NCBI GenBank assembly: GCA_964016885.1
Contig: OZ024740.1
Coordinates: 251,782,001-251,846,000 of the forward strand
Origin: Eledone cirrhosa
Taxonomy: Eukaryota
DNA: 64,000 bases
Reading direction: 5' to 3'
The notes under the pieces are model-generated. The model had not been told where the DNA came from and searched no databases. It saw nothing but the letters and a program-made list of their open reading frames with translations. A program made the translations under genes and the position numbers. Shown here piece by piece: positions 13,401 to 26,500 of this stretch. Numbering within the stretch: position 1 is the stretch's first letter; every line of letters starts with the position of its first letter.

Positions 13401-16400
13401 CCCCTTGGCCGGCTGGAAATTATCTCCCCTTGGCCGGCTGAAAATTATAGCCCCTTGGCCGGCTGGATGTTATGTCCCCTTGGCCGGCTGGATATTATCT
13501 CCCCTTGGCCGGCAGGAAATTATATCCCCTTGGCCGGCTGGAAATAATCTCCCCTTGGCCGGCCGGAAATTATCTCCCTTTGGCCGGCTGGATATTATCT
13601 CCCCTCGGCCGGCTGGAAATTATCTCCCCTTGGCCGGCTGGAATTTATATCCCTTTGCCCGGCTCGAAAATATCTCCCCTAAATTAAATTAAATTAAATT
13701 AAATCAAATTAATTAAATTAATTAATTAATTATGTAAATTGATTTTATTTCAATTTAATGTAATTTAATTTAATTTAATTTACTTTAATTCAATTCAATT
13801 TAATTTAATTTAATTTAATTTAATTTAATTTACTTTAATTCAATTTAATTTAATTTAATTTAATTTAATTTAATTTTATTTTATTTCATTTAAAAAACGA
13901 AACGAAACCGGTGTGCCTAAAAAAACAAAAGAAAAGAAACCGGGGAACCTAAAAAATCAAACGAAACGAAATTATCTCCCCTTGGCCTGCTGGATATTAT
14001 CTCCCCTTGGCCAGCTGGAAATAATCTCCCCTTGGCCGGCTGGAAATTATGTCCCCTTGGCCGGCTCGAAATTATCTCCCCTGAATTAAATTAAATTAAA
14101 TCAAATTAATTAAATTAATTAATTAATTAATTTTATTTTTTTTATTCTAATTATTTTTATTTTTTTTTATTAATTACGTTATTAATTAATTAATTAATTA
14201 ATTATGTTAATTGATTTTATTTCAATCCAATGTAATTTAATTTAATTTAATTTAATTTAATTTAATTTAATTTAATTTAATTTAATTTAATTTAATTTAA
14301 TTTAATTTAATTTAATTTAATTTTATTTTATTTTATTTAATTTTATTTAAAAAACGAAACAAAACCGGGGTACCTAAAAAACAAACGAAAATAAACCGGG
14401 GAACCTAAAAAATCAAACGAAATGAAATTATCTCCCCTTGGTCTGCTGGAAATTATCTCCCCTTGGCCGGCTGGATATTGCCTCCCCTTGGCCGACTGCA
14501 AATTATCTTCTCTTGGCCGGCTGGAAATTATCTCCCTTTGGCCGGCTGGAAATTATCTCCCCTTGGCCGGCTGGATATTATGTCCCTTTGGCTGGCTGGA
14601 AATTATCACCCCTAGGCCGGCTGGGAATTAACTCCACTTGGCTGGCTAGAAACTATCTTCCCTTGGCCGGCTGGATATTATCTCCCCTTGGCCGGATGGA
14701 AATAATCTCCCCTTGGCCGGCTGGAAATAATGTCCCCTTAGCCGGCTCGAATTTATCTCCCCTAAATTAAATTAAATTAATTAAATTAATTAATTAATTA
14801 ATTTTATTTTTTTTATTCTAATTATTTTTATTTTTTTTTATTAATTACGTTATTAATTAATTAATTAATTATGTTAATTGATTTTATTTCAATCCAATGT
14901 AATTTAATTTAATTTAATTTTATTTTATTTTATTTTATATTATTTCATTTTATTTTATTTTATTTTATTTTATTTAAAAAACGAAACGAAACCGGGGTAC
15001 CTAAAAAAACGAACGAAAAGAAACCGGGGAAGCTAAAAAATCGAACGAAATGAAATTATCTCCCCTTGGTTTGCTGGAAATTATCTCAACTCGGCCGGCT
15101 GGATACTATCTCCCCTTGGCCGGCTGGAAATTATCTCCCCTTAGCCGGCTGGAAATTATCTCCCCTTGGCCTGCTGGATAATATCGCCCCTTAGCCGGCT
15201 GGAAATTATTTTCTCTTGGCCGACTGGAAATTATCTCCCCTTGGCCGGCTGGAAATTATCTCCCCTTGGCCGGCTGGATATTATCTCCCCTTGGCCGGCT
15301 GGATGTTATCTCCCCTTGGCCAGCTAGAAATTATCTCCCCTTGGCCGGCTGGAAATTATCTTCTCTTGGCCGGCTGGAAATTATCTCCCTTTGGCCGACT
15401 GGATATTATCTCCCCTTGGCCGGCTGGATATGATCTCCCCTTGGCCGGCAGGAAATTATATCCCCTTGGCCGGCTGGAAATAATCTCCCCTTGGCCGGCC
15501 AGAATTAATCTCCCTTTGGCCGGCTGGATATTATCTCCCCTTAGCCGGCTTGAAATTATCTCCCCTTGGCCGGCTGGATATTATCTCCCCTCGGCCGGCT
15601 GGAAATTATCTCCCCTTGACCGGCTGGAATTTATCTCCCCTTGGCCGGCTGGAATTTATATCCCCTTGACCGGCTGGAAATAATCTCCCCTTGACCGGCT
15701 CGAAAATATCTCCCCTAAATTAAATTAAATTAAATTAAATTAAATCAAATTAATTAAATTAATTAATTAATTAATTATATTTTTTTTATTTTATTTATTT
15801 TCATTTTTTTTTATTAATTACGTTATTAATTAATTAATTAATTATGTAAATTGATTTTATTTCAATGTAATGTAATTTAATTTAATTTAATTTAATCGAA
15901 ATTATCTCCCCTTGGCCTGCTGGAAATTATCTCCCCTTGGCCGGCTTGATATTATCTTCCCTTGGCAGGCTGGAAATTATCTCCCCTTGGCCGGCTGGAA
16001 ATATACTCCCCTTGGCCGGCTGGAAATTATCTCCCCTTGGCCGGCTCGATATTATCTCCCCTAGGCCGGCTGGAAATTATCTCCCCTTGGCCGGCTGGAA
16101 TTTATCTCCCCTTGGCCGGCTGGAATTTATATTCCCTTGGCCGGCTGGAAATAATCTCCCCTTGCCCGGCTCTAAAATATCTCCCCTAAATTAAATTAAA
16201 TTAAATTAAATTAAATCAAATTAATTAAATTAATTAATTAATTAATTATATTTTTTTTATTTTATTTTTTTTTATTTTTTTTTATTAATTACGTTATTAA
16301 TTAATTAATTAAATATGTAAATTGATTTTATTTCAATTTAATGTAATTTAATTTAATTTAATTTAATTTAATTTACTTTAATTCAATTCAATTTAATTTA

Positions 16401-19373
16401 ATTTAATTTAATTTAATTTAATTTTATTTAAAAAACGAAACGAAACCGGTGTACCTAAAAAAACAAACGAAAAGAAACCGGGGAACCTAAAAAATCGAAC
16501 GAAATGAAATTATCTCCCCTTGGCTTGCTGGAAATTATCTCCCCTTAGCCGGCTGGAATTTATCTCCCCTTGGCCGGCTGGATATTATGTCCCCTTAGCC
16601 GGCTGGAATTTATCTCCCCTTGGCCGGCTGGATATTATCTCCCCTTGGCCGGCTGGTAATTATCTCCCCTTGGCCGGCTGGAAATTATCTCCCCTTAGCC
16701 GGCTGGAATTTATCTCCCCTTGGCCGGCTGGATATAATCTCCCCTTGGTCGGCTGGAAATTATCTTCTCTTGGCCGACTGGAAATTATCTCCCCTTGGCC
16801 GGCTGGAAATTATCTCCCCTTGGCCGGCTGGATATTATCTCCCCTTGGCCGGCTGGATATTATCTCCCCTTGGCCAGCTAGAAATTATCTCCCCTTGGCC
16901 GGCTGGAAATTATCTTCTCTAGGCCGGCTGGAAATTATCTCCCTTTGGCCGGCTGGAAGTTATCTCCCCTTGGCTGGCTGGATATTATCTCCCATTGGCC
17001 GACTGGAAATTATCTCCCCTTAACCGGCTGGAAATTATCTCCCCTTGACCGGCACGAAATTATCTCCCCTAAAGTAAATTAAATCTAATTAATTAAATTA
17101 ATTAATTAATTATTTATATTTTTTTTATTTTATTTTTTTTATTTTTTTTATTAATTACGTTATTAATTAATTAATTAATTATGTAAATTGATTTTATTTT
17201 AATTTAATTTAATTTAATTTACTTTAATTCAATTTAATTTAATTCAATTTAATTTAATTTTATTTTATTTCATTTAAAAAACGAAACGAAACCGGTGTGC
17301 CTAAAAAACAAAAGAAAGAAACCGGGGAACCTAAAAAATCGAACGAATCGAAATTAACTCCCCTTGGCCTGCTGGAAATTATCTCCCCTTGGCCGGCTGA
17401 AAATTAGCTCCCTTTGGCCGGCTGGATACTATCTCCGCTTGGCCGGCTGTAAATTATCTCCCCTTGGGCGGCTGGAAGTTATCTCCCCTTGGCCGGCTGG
17501 ATATTATCTCTCCTTGGCCAGCTAGAAATTATCTCCTCTTGGCCGGCTGGATATTATCACCCCTTGGCCAGCTGGAAATTATCTCCACTTGGCCGGCTGG
17601 AAATTATCTCCTCTTGGCCGGCTGGAAATTATCTCGCCTTGGCCGGCTGGAAATTATCTCCTCTAAAATAAATTAAATTAAATTAAATTAAATTAAATTA
17701 AATCAAATTAATTAAATTAATTAATTAATTATTTATATTTTTTTTATTTTATTTATTTTATTTTTTTTATTAATTACGTTATTAATTAATTAATTAATTA
17801 TGTAAATTGATTTTATTTCAATTTAATGCAATTTAATTTAATTTACTTTAATTCAATTTAATTTAATTCAATTTAATTTAATTTTATTTTATTTTATTTC
17901 ATTTAAAAAACGAAACGAAACCGGTGTGCCTACAAAACAAAAGAAAAGAAACCGGGGAACCTAAAAAATCGAACGAAACGAAATTATCTCCCCTTGGCCT
18001 GCTGGAAATTATCTCCCCTTGGCCGGCTGAAAATTATCTCCCCTTGGCCGGCTGGAAATTATCTCCCTTTGGCCGGCTGGATATTATCTCCCCTTGGTCG
18101 GCTGGATATGATCTCCCCTTGGCCGGCTGGAAATTATCTCCCCTTGGCCGTTGGAAATTATCTCCCCTTGGCCGGCTGGAAATTATCTCCCCTTGGCCGG
18201 CTGGAAATTATCGCCCCTTGGCCGGCTGGATGTTATGTCCCCTTGGCCGGCTGGATATTATCTCCCCTTGGCCGGCAGGAAATTATATCCCCTTGGCCGG
18301 CTGGAAATAATCTTCCCTTGGCCGGCCGGAAATTATCTCCCTTTGGCCGGCTGGATATTATCTCCCCTTGGCCGGCTTGAAATTATCTCCCCTTGGCCGG
18401 CTGGATATTATCTCCCCTTGGCCGTCTGGAATTTATCTCCCCTTGGCCGGCTGGATATTATCTCCCCTTGGCCGGCTTGAAATTATCTCCCCTTGGCCGA
18501 CGGGATATTATCTCCCCTTGGCCGACTGGATATTATCTCCCCTTGGCCGACTGGAAATTATCTCCGCTTGGGCGGCGGGATATTATCTCCCCTTGGCCGG
18601 CTGTAAATTATCTCCCCTTGGCCGGCTGGAAGTTATCTCCCCTTGGCCGGCTGGATATTATCACCCCTTGGCCAGCTGGAAATTATCTCCACTTGGCCGG
18701 CTGGAAATTATCTCCTCTTGGCCGGCTGGAAATTATCTCGCCTTGGCCGGCTGGAAATTATCTCCTCTAAATTAAATTAAATTAAATTAAATTAAATTAA
18801 ATCAAATTAATTAAATTAATTAATTAATTATTTATATTTTTTTTATTTTATTTATTTTTATTTTTTTTATTAATTACGTTATTAATTAATTAATTAATTA
18901 ATTATGTAAATTGATTTTATTTCAATTTAATGTAATTTAATTTAATTTAATTTACTTTAATTCAATTTAATTTAATTCAATTTAATTTAATTTAATTTTA
19001 TTTTATTTTATTTAAAAAACGAAACGAAACCGGTATACCTAAAAAAACAAACGAGAAGAAACCGGGAAACCTAAAAAATCGAACGAAACGAAATTATCTC
19101 CCCTTGGCCTGCTGGAAATTATCTCCCCTTGGCCGGCTGAAAATTATCTCCCCTTGGCTAGCTGGTAAAAATCTCCCCTTGGTCGGCTGGAAATTATCTC
19201 CCCTTGGCTGGCTGGAAATTATCTCCCCTTGGCCGGCTGGAAATTGTCTCCCCTAGGTCGGCTGGAAATTATCTCCCCTTGGCCGGCTGGTAATAATCTC
19301 CCCTTGGTCGACTGGAAATTATCTCCCATCGGCCGACTGGATATTATCTCCCCTTGGCCGGCTTGAAATTATC
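1490..19373 (+). repeat. 11,283-bp higher-order duplication (period of 14 composite units); ~1490-8090 is matched by ~12773-19373
   Basis: Identical pseudo-ORF landmarks at a constant offset of 11,283: 1831/13114, 3139/14422, 5237/16520, 7085/18368, 8071/19354. The rare AAATTAGATT spacer variant occurs at both ~1531 and ~12814. Confidence 0.93.
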
Positions 19374-21982
19374 TTCTCTTGGCCGACTGGAAATTATCTC
19401 CCCTTGGCCGGCTGGAAATTATCTCCCCTTGGCCGGCTGGATATTATCTCCCCTTGGCCGGCTGGATATTATCTCCCCTTGGCCAGCTAGAAATTATCTC
19501 CCCTTGGCCGGCTGGAAATTATCTTCTCTAGGCCGGCTGGAAATTATCTCCCTTTGGCCGGCTGGAAGTTATCTCCCCTTGGCTGGCTGGATATTATCTC
19601 CCATTGGCCGACTGGAAATTATCTCCCCTTAACCGGCTGGAAATTATCTCCCCTTGACCGGCACGAAATTATCTCCCCTAAAGTAAATTAAATCTAATTA
19701 ATTAAATTAATTAATTAATTATTTATATTTTTTTTATTTTATTTTTTTTATTTTTTTTATTAATTACGTTATTAATTAATTAATTAATTATGTAAATTGA
19801 TTTTATTTTAATTTAATTTAATTTAATTTACTTTAATTCAATTTAATTTAATTCAATTTAATTTAATTTTATTTTATTTCATTTAAAAAACGAAACGAAA
19901 CCGGTGTGCCTAAAAAACAAAAGAAAGAAACCGGGGAACCTAAAAAATCGAACGAATCGAAATTAACTCCCCTTGGCCTGCTGGAAATTATCTCCCCTTG
20001 GCCGGCTGAAAATTAGCTCCCTTTGGCCGGCTGGATACTATCTCCGCTTGGCCGGCTGTAAATTATCTCCCCTTGGGCGGCTGGAAGTTATCTCCCCTTG
20101 GCCGGCTGGATATTATCTCTCCTTGGCCAGCTAGAAATTATCTCCTCTTGGCCGGCTGGATATTATCACCCCTTGGCCAGCTGGAAATTATCTCCACTTG
20201 GCCGGCTGGAAATTATCTCCTCTTGGCCGGCTGGAAATTATCTCGCCTTGGCCGGCTGGAAATTATCTCCTCTAAAATAAATTAAATTAAATTAAATTAA
20301 ATTAAATTAAATCAAATTAATTAAATTAATTAATTAATTATTTATATTTTTTTTATTTTATTTATTTTATTTTTTTTATTAATTACGTTATTAATTAATT
20401 AATTAATTATGTAAATTGATTTTATTTCAATTTAATGCAATTTAATTTAATTTACTTTAATTCAATTTAATTTAATTCAATTTAATTTAATTTTATTTTA
20501 TTTTATTTCATTTAAAAAACGAAACGAAACCGGTGTGCCTACAAAACAAAAGAAAAGAAACCGGGGAACCTAAAAAATCGAACGAAACGAAATTATCTCC
20601 CCTTGGCCTGCTGGAAATTATCTCCCCTTGGCCGGCTGAAAATTATCTCCCCTTGGCCGGCTGGAAATTATCTCCCTTTGGCCGGCTGGATATTATCTCC
20701 CCTTGGTCGGCTGGATATGATCTCCCCTTGGCCGGCTGGAAATTATCTCCCCTTGGCCGTTGGAAATTATCTCCCCTTGGCCGGCTGGAAATTATCTCCC
20801 CTTGGCCGGCTGGAAATTATCGCCCCTTGGCCGGCTGGATGTTATGTCCCCTTGGCCGGCTGGATATTATCTCCCCTTGGCCGGCAGGAAATTATATCCC
20901 CTTGGCCGGCTGGAAATAATCTTCCCTTGGCCGGCCGGAAATTATCTCCCTTTGGCCGGCTGGATATTATCTCCCCTTGGCCGGCTTGAAATTATCTCCC
21001 CTTGGCCGGCTGGATATTATCTCCCCTTGGCCGTCTGGAATTTATCTCCCCTTGGCCGGCTGGATATTATCTCCCCTTGGCCGGCTTGAAATTATCTCCC
21101 CTTGGCCGGCGGGATATTATCTCCCCTTGGCCGACTGGATATTATCTCCCCTTGGCCGACTGGAAATTATCTCCGCTTGGGCGGCGGGATATTATCTCCC
21201 CTTGGCCGGCTGTAAATTATCTCCCCTTGGCCGGCTGGAAGTTATCTCCCCTTGGCCGGCTGGATATTATCACCCCTTGGCCAGCTGGAAATTATCTCCA
21301 CTTGGCCGGCTGGAAATTATCTCCTCTTGGCCGGCTGGAAATTATCTCGCCTTGGCCGGCTGGAAATTATCTCCTCTAAATTAAATTAAATTAAATTAAA
21401 TTAAATTAAATCAAATTAATTAAATTAATTAATTAATTATTTATATTTTTTTTATTTTATTTATTTTTATTTTTTTTATTAATTACGTTATTAATTAATT
21501 AATTAATTAATTATGTAAATTGATTTTATTTCAATTTAATGTAATTTAATTTAATTTAATTTACTTTAATTCAATTTAATTTAATTCAATTTAATTTAAT
21601 TTAATTTTATTTTATTTTATTTAAAAAACGAAACGAAACCGGTATACCTAAAAAAACAAACGAGAAGAAACCGGGAAACCTAAAAAATCGAACGAAACGA
21701 AATTATCTCCCCTTGGCCTGCTGGAAATTATCTCCCCTTGGCCGGCTGAAAATTATCTCCCCTTGGCTAGCTGGTAAAAATCTCCCCTTGGTCGGCTGGA
21801 AATTATCTCCCCTTGGCTGGCTGGAAATTATCTCCCCTTGGCCGGCTGGAAATTGTCTCCCCTAGGTCGGCTGGAAATTATCTCCCCTTGGCCGGCTGGT
21901 AATAATCTCCCCTTGGTCGACTGGAAATTATCTCCCATCGGCCGACTGGATATTATCTCCCCTTGGCCGGCTTGAAATTATC
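16760..21982 (+). repeat. 2,609-bp tandem duplication (3 composite units) nested in the second copy of the 11.3-kb repeat
   Basis: Offset 2,609 at 17464/20073, 17924/20533, 18368/20977, 19354/21963. After it, the match to the first copy resumes at offset 13,892 = 11,283 + 2,609 (8071/21963, 9300/23192, 11177/25069, 12034/25926). Confidence 0.92.
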
Positions 21983-23599
21983 TCCCTTTGGCCGTCTGGA
22001 TATTATCTCCCCTTGGCCGGCTGGAAATTATCTCCCCTTGGCCGGCTGGATATTATCTCCCCTCGGCCGTCTGGAAATTATCTCCCATTTGACGACTGGA
22101 ATTTATCTCCCCTTGGCCGGCTGGATATTATCTCCCCTTGGCCGACTGGAAATTATCTCCCCTTAGTCGGCTGGAAATTATCTCCCCTCGGCTGTCTGGA
22201 AATTATCTCCCATTTGACGACTGGAATTTATCTCCCCTTGGCCGGCTGGATATTATCTCCACTTGGCCGACTGGAAATTATCTCCCCTTAGTCGGCTGGA
22301 AATTATGTCCCCTTGGCAGGCCCGAAATTATCTCCCCTAAAGTAAATTAAATTAAATTAAATTAAAAAACGAAACGTAACCGGTATACCTAAAAAAACAA
22401 ACAAGAAACCGGGAAACCTAAAAAATCGAACGAAACGAAATTATCTCCCCTTGGCCTGCTGGAAATTATCTCCCCTTGGCCGGCTGAAAATTATCTCCCC
22501 TTGGCTAGCTGGAAATTATCTCCCCTTGGCCGGCTGAAAATTATCTCCCTTTGGCCGGCTGGATACTATCTCCCCTTGGTCAGCTAGAAATTATCTCCCC
22601 TTGGCCGGCTGGATACTATCTCCCCTTGGCCAGCTGGAAATTATCTCCACTTGGCCGGCTGGAAATTATCTCCTCTTCGCCGGCTGGAAATTATCTCGCC
22701 TTGGCCGGCTGGAAATTATCTCCTCTAAATTAAATTAAATTAAATTAAATTAAATTAAATTAAATCAAATTAATTAAATTAATTAATTAATTAATTTTAT
22801 TTTTTTTATTCTAATTATTTTTATTTTTTTTATTAATTACGTTATTAATTAATTAATTAATTATGTTAATTGATTTTATTTCAATCCAATGTAATTTAAT
22901 TTAATTTAATTTAATATAATTTAATTTAATTTAATTTAATTTAATTTTATTTAAAAAACGAAACGAAACCGGGGTACCAAAAAAACGAACGAAAAGAAAC
23001 CGGGGAACCTAAAAAATCGAACGAAATGAAATTATCTCCCCTTGGCTTGCTGGAAATTATCTCAACTCGGCCGGCTGGATACTATCTCCCCTTGGCCGGC
23101 TGGATGTTATCTCCCCTTGGCCAGCTAGAAATTATCTCCCTTTGGCCGGCTGGATGTTATCTCCCCTTGGCCAGCTAGAAATTATCTCCCTTTGGTCGGC
23201 TGGATATTATCTCCCCTTGGTCGGCTGGATATGATCTCCCCTTGGCCGGCTGGAAATTATCTCCCCTTGGCCGTTGGAAATTATCTCCCCTTGGCCGGCT
23301 GGAAATTATCTCCCCTTGGCCGGCTGGAAATTATCTCCCCTTGGCCGGCGGGATATTATCTCCCCTTGGCCGGCAGGAAATTATATCCCCTTGGCCGGCT
23401 GGAAATAATCTTCCCTTGGCCGGCCGGAAATTATCTCCCTTTGGCCGGCTGGATATTATCTCCCCTTGGCCGGCTTGAAATTATCTCCCCTTGGCCGGCT
23501 GGATATTATCTCCCCTTGGCCGTCTGGAATTTATCTCCCCTTGGCCGGCTGGATATTATCTCCCCTTGGCCGGTTTGAAATTATCTCCCCTTGGCCGGC

Positions 23600-26500
23600 G
23601 GGATATTATCTCCCCTCGGCCGGCTGGATATTATCTCCCCTTGGCCGACTGGAAATTATCTCCGCTTGGGCGGCGGGATATTATCTCCCCTTGGCCGGCT
23701 GGATATTATCTCCCCTTGGCCGGCTGGAAATTATCTCGCCTTGGCCGACTGGAATTTAGCTCCCCTTGGCCGGCTGGAAATATACTCCCCTTGGCCGGCT
23801 GGAAATATATTCCCCTTGGCCGGCTGGAAATTATCTCCTCTTGGCCGGCTGGATATTATCTCCCCTTGGCCGGCTGGATATTATCTCCCCTCGGCCGGCT
23901 GGAAATTATCTCCCCTTGGCCGGCTGGAATTTATCTCCCCTTGGCCGGCTGGAATTTATCTCCCCTTGGCCGGCTGGATTTTATACCCCGTTGGCCGGCT
24001 GGAAATAATCTCCCCTTGCCCGGCTCGAAAATATCTCCCCTAAATTAAATTAAATTAAATTAAATCCAATTAATTAAATTAATTAATTAATTATATTTTT
24101 TTTATTTTATTTTTTTTTATTTTTTTTTATTAATTACGTTATTAATTAATTAATTAATTATGTAAATTGATTTTATTTCAATTTAATGTTATTTAATTTA
24201 ATTTAATTTAATTTAATTTAATTTAATTTACTTTAAATCAATTTAATTTAATCTAATTTAATTTAAGTTAATTTTATTTTATTTTATTTCAAAAACGAAA
24301 CGAAACCCGTGTACCTAAAAAAACAAACGAAAAGAAACCGGGGAACCTAAAAAATCGAACGAAACGAAATTATCTCCCCTTGGCCTGCTGGAAATTATCT
24401 TCCCTTGGTCGGCTTGATATTATCTCCCCTTGGCAGGCTGGAAATTATCTCCCCTTGGCCGACTGGAAATTATCTCTCCTTGGGCGGCGGGATATTATCT
24501 CCCCTTGGCCGGCTGGAAGTTATCTCCCCTTGGCCAGCTGGAAATTATCTCGCCTTGGCCGGCTGGAATTTAGCTCTCCTTGGCCGGCTGGAAATATACT
24601 CCCCTTGGCCGGCTGGAAATATACTCCCCTTGGCCGGCTGGAAATTATCTCCTCTTGGCCGGCTGGATATTATCTCCCCTTGGCTGCTGGATATTATCTC
24701 CCCTTGGCCAGCTGGAAATTATCTCCACTTGGCCGGCTGCAAATTATCTCCTCTTGGCCAGCTGGAAATTATCTCCCCTAAATTAAATTAAATTAAATCA
24801 AATTAATTAAATTAATTAATTAATTGATTATATTTTTTTTATTTTATTTATTTTAATTTTTTTTTTAATTACGTTATTAATTAATTAATTAATTATGTAA
24901 ATTGATTTTATTTTAATTTAATGTAATTTAATTTAATTTAATTTACTTTAATTCAATTTAATTTAATTTTATTTAATTTTATTTTATTTTATTTAAAAAA
25001 CGAAACGAAACCGGGGCACCTAAAAAAACAAACGAAAAGAAACCGGGGAACCTAAAAAATCGAACGAAATGAAATTATCTCCCCTTGGCTTGCTGGAAAT
25101 TATCTCAACTCGACCGGCTGGATACTATCTCCCCTTGGCCGGCTGGAAATTATCTCCCCTTAGCCGGCTGGAAATTATCTCCCATTGGCCGGCTGGATAT
25201 TATCTCCCCTTGGCCGGCTGGATGTTATCTCCCCTTGGCCAGCTAGAAATTATCTCCAGTTGGCCGGCTGGAAATTATCTTCTCTTGGCCGGCTGGAAAT
25301 TATCTCCCTTTGGCCGGCTGCATATTATCTCCCCTTGGCCGGCTGGATATGATCTCCCCTTGGCCGGCTGGAAATTATCTCCCCTTGGCAGGTTGGAAAT
25401 TATCTCCCTTTGGCCGGCTGAAAATTATCTCCCTTTGGCCGGCTGGATACTATCTCCCCTTGGTCAGCTAGAAATTATCTCCCCTTGGCCGGCTGGATAC
25501 TATCTCCCCTTGGCCAGCTGGAAATTATCTCCACTTGGCCGGCTGGAAATTATCTCCTCTTCGCCGGCTGGAAATTATCTCGCCTTGGCCGGCTGGAAAT
25601 TATCTCCTCTAAATTCAATTAAATTAAATTAAATTAAATTAAATTAAATCAAATTAATTAAATTAATTAATTAATTAATTTTATTTTTTTTATTCTAATT
25701 ATTTTTATTTTTTTTATTAATTACGTTATTAATTAATTAATTAATTATGTTAATTGATTTTATTTCAATCCAATGTAATTTAATTTAATTTAATTTAATA
25801 TAATTTAATTTAATTTAATTTAATTTTATTTTATTTAAAAAACGAAACGAAACCGGGGTACCAAAAAAACGAACGAAAAGAAACCGGGGAACCTAAAAAA
25901 TCGAACGAAATGAAATTATCTCCCCTTGGCTTGCTGGAAATTATCTCAACTCGGCCGGCTGGATACTATCTCCCCTTGGCCGGCTGGAAATTATCTCCCC
26001 TTAGCCGGCTGGAAATTATCTCCCCTTGGCCGGCTGGATAATATCTCCCCTTGGCCGGCTGGAAATTATGTTCTCTTGGCCGGCTGGAAATTATCTCCTC
26101 TTGGCCGGCTGGAAATTATCTCCCCTTGGCCGGCTGGATATTATCTGCCCTTGGCCGGCTGGATGTTATCTCCCCTTGGTCAGCTAGAAATTATCTCCCT
26201 TTGGCCGGCTGGATATTATCTCCCCTTGGTCGGCTGGATATGATCTCCCCTTGGCCGGCTGGAAATTATCTCCCCTTGGCCGTTGGAAATTATCTCCCCT
26301 TGGCCGGCTGGAAATTATCTCCCCTTGGCCGGCTGGAAATTATCGCCCCTTGGCCGGCTGGATGTTATGTCCCCTTGGCCGGCTGGATATTATCTCCCCT
26401 TGGCCGGCAGGAAATTATATCCCCTTGGCCGGCTGGAAATAATCTTCCCTTGGCCGGCCGGAAATTATCTCCCTTTGGCCGGCTGGATATTATCTCCCCT

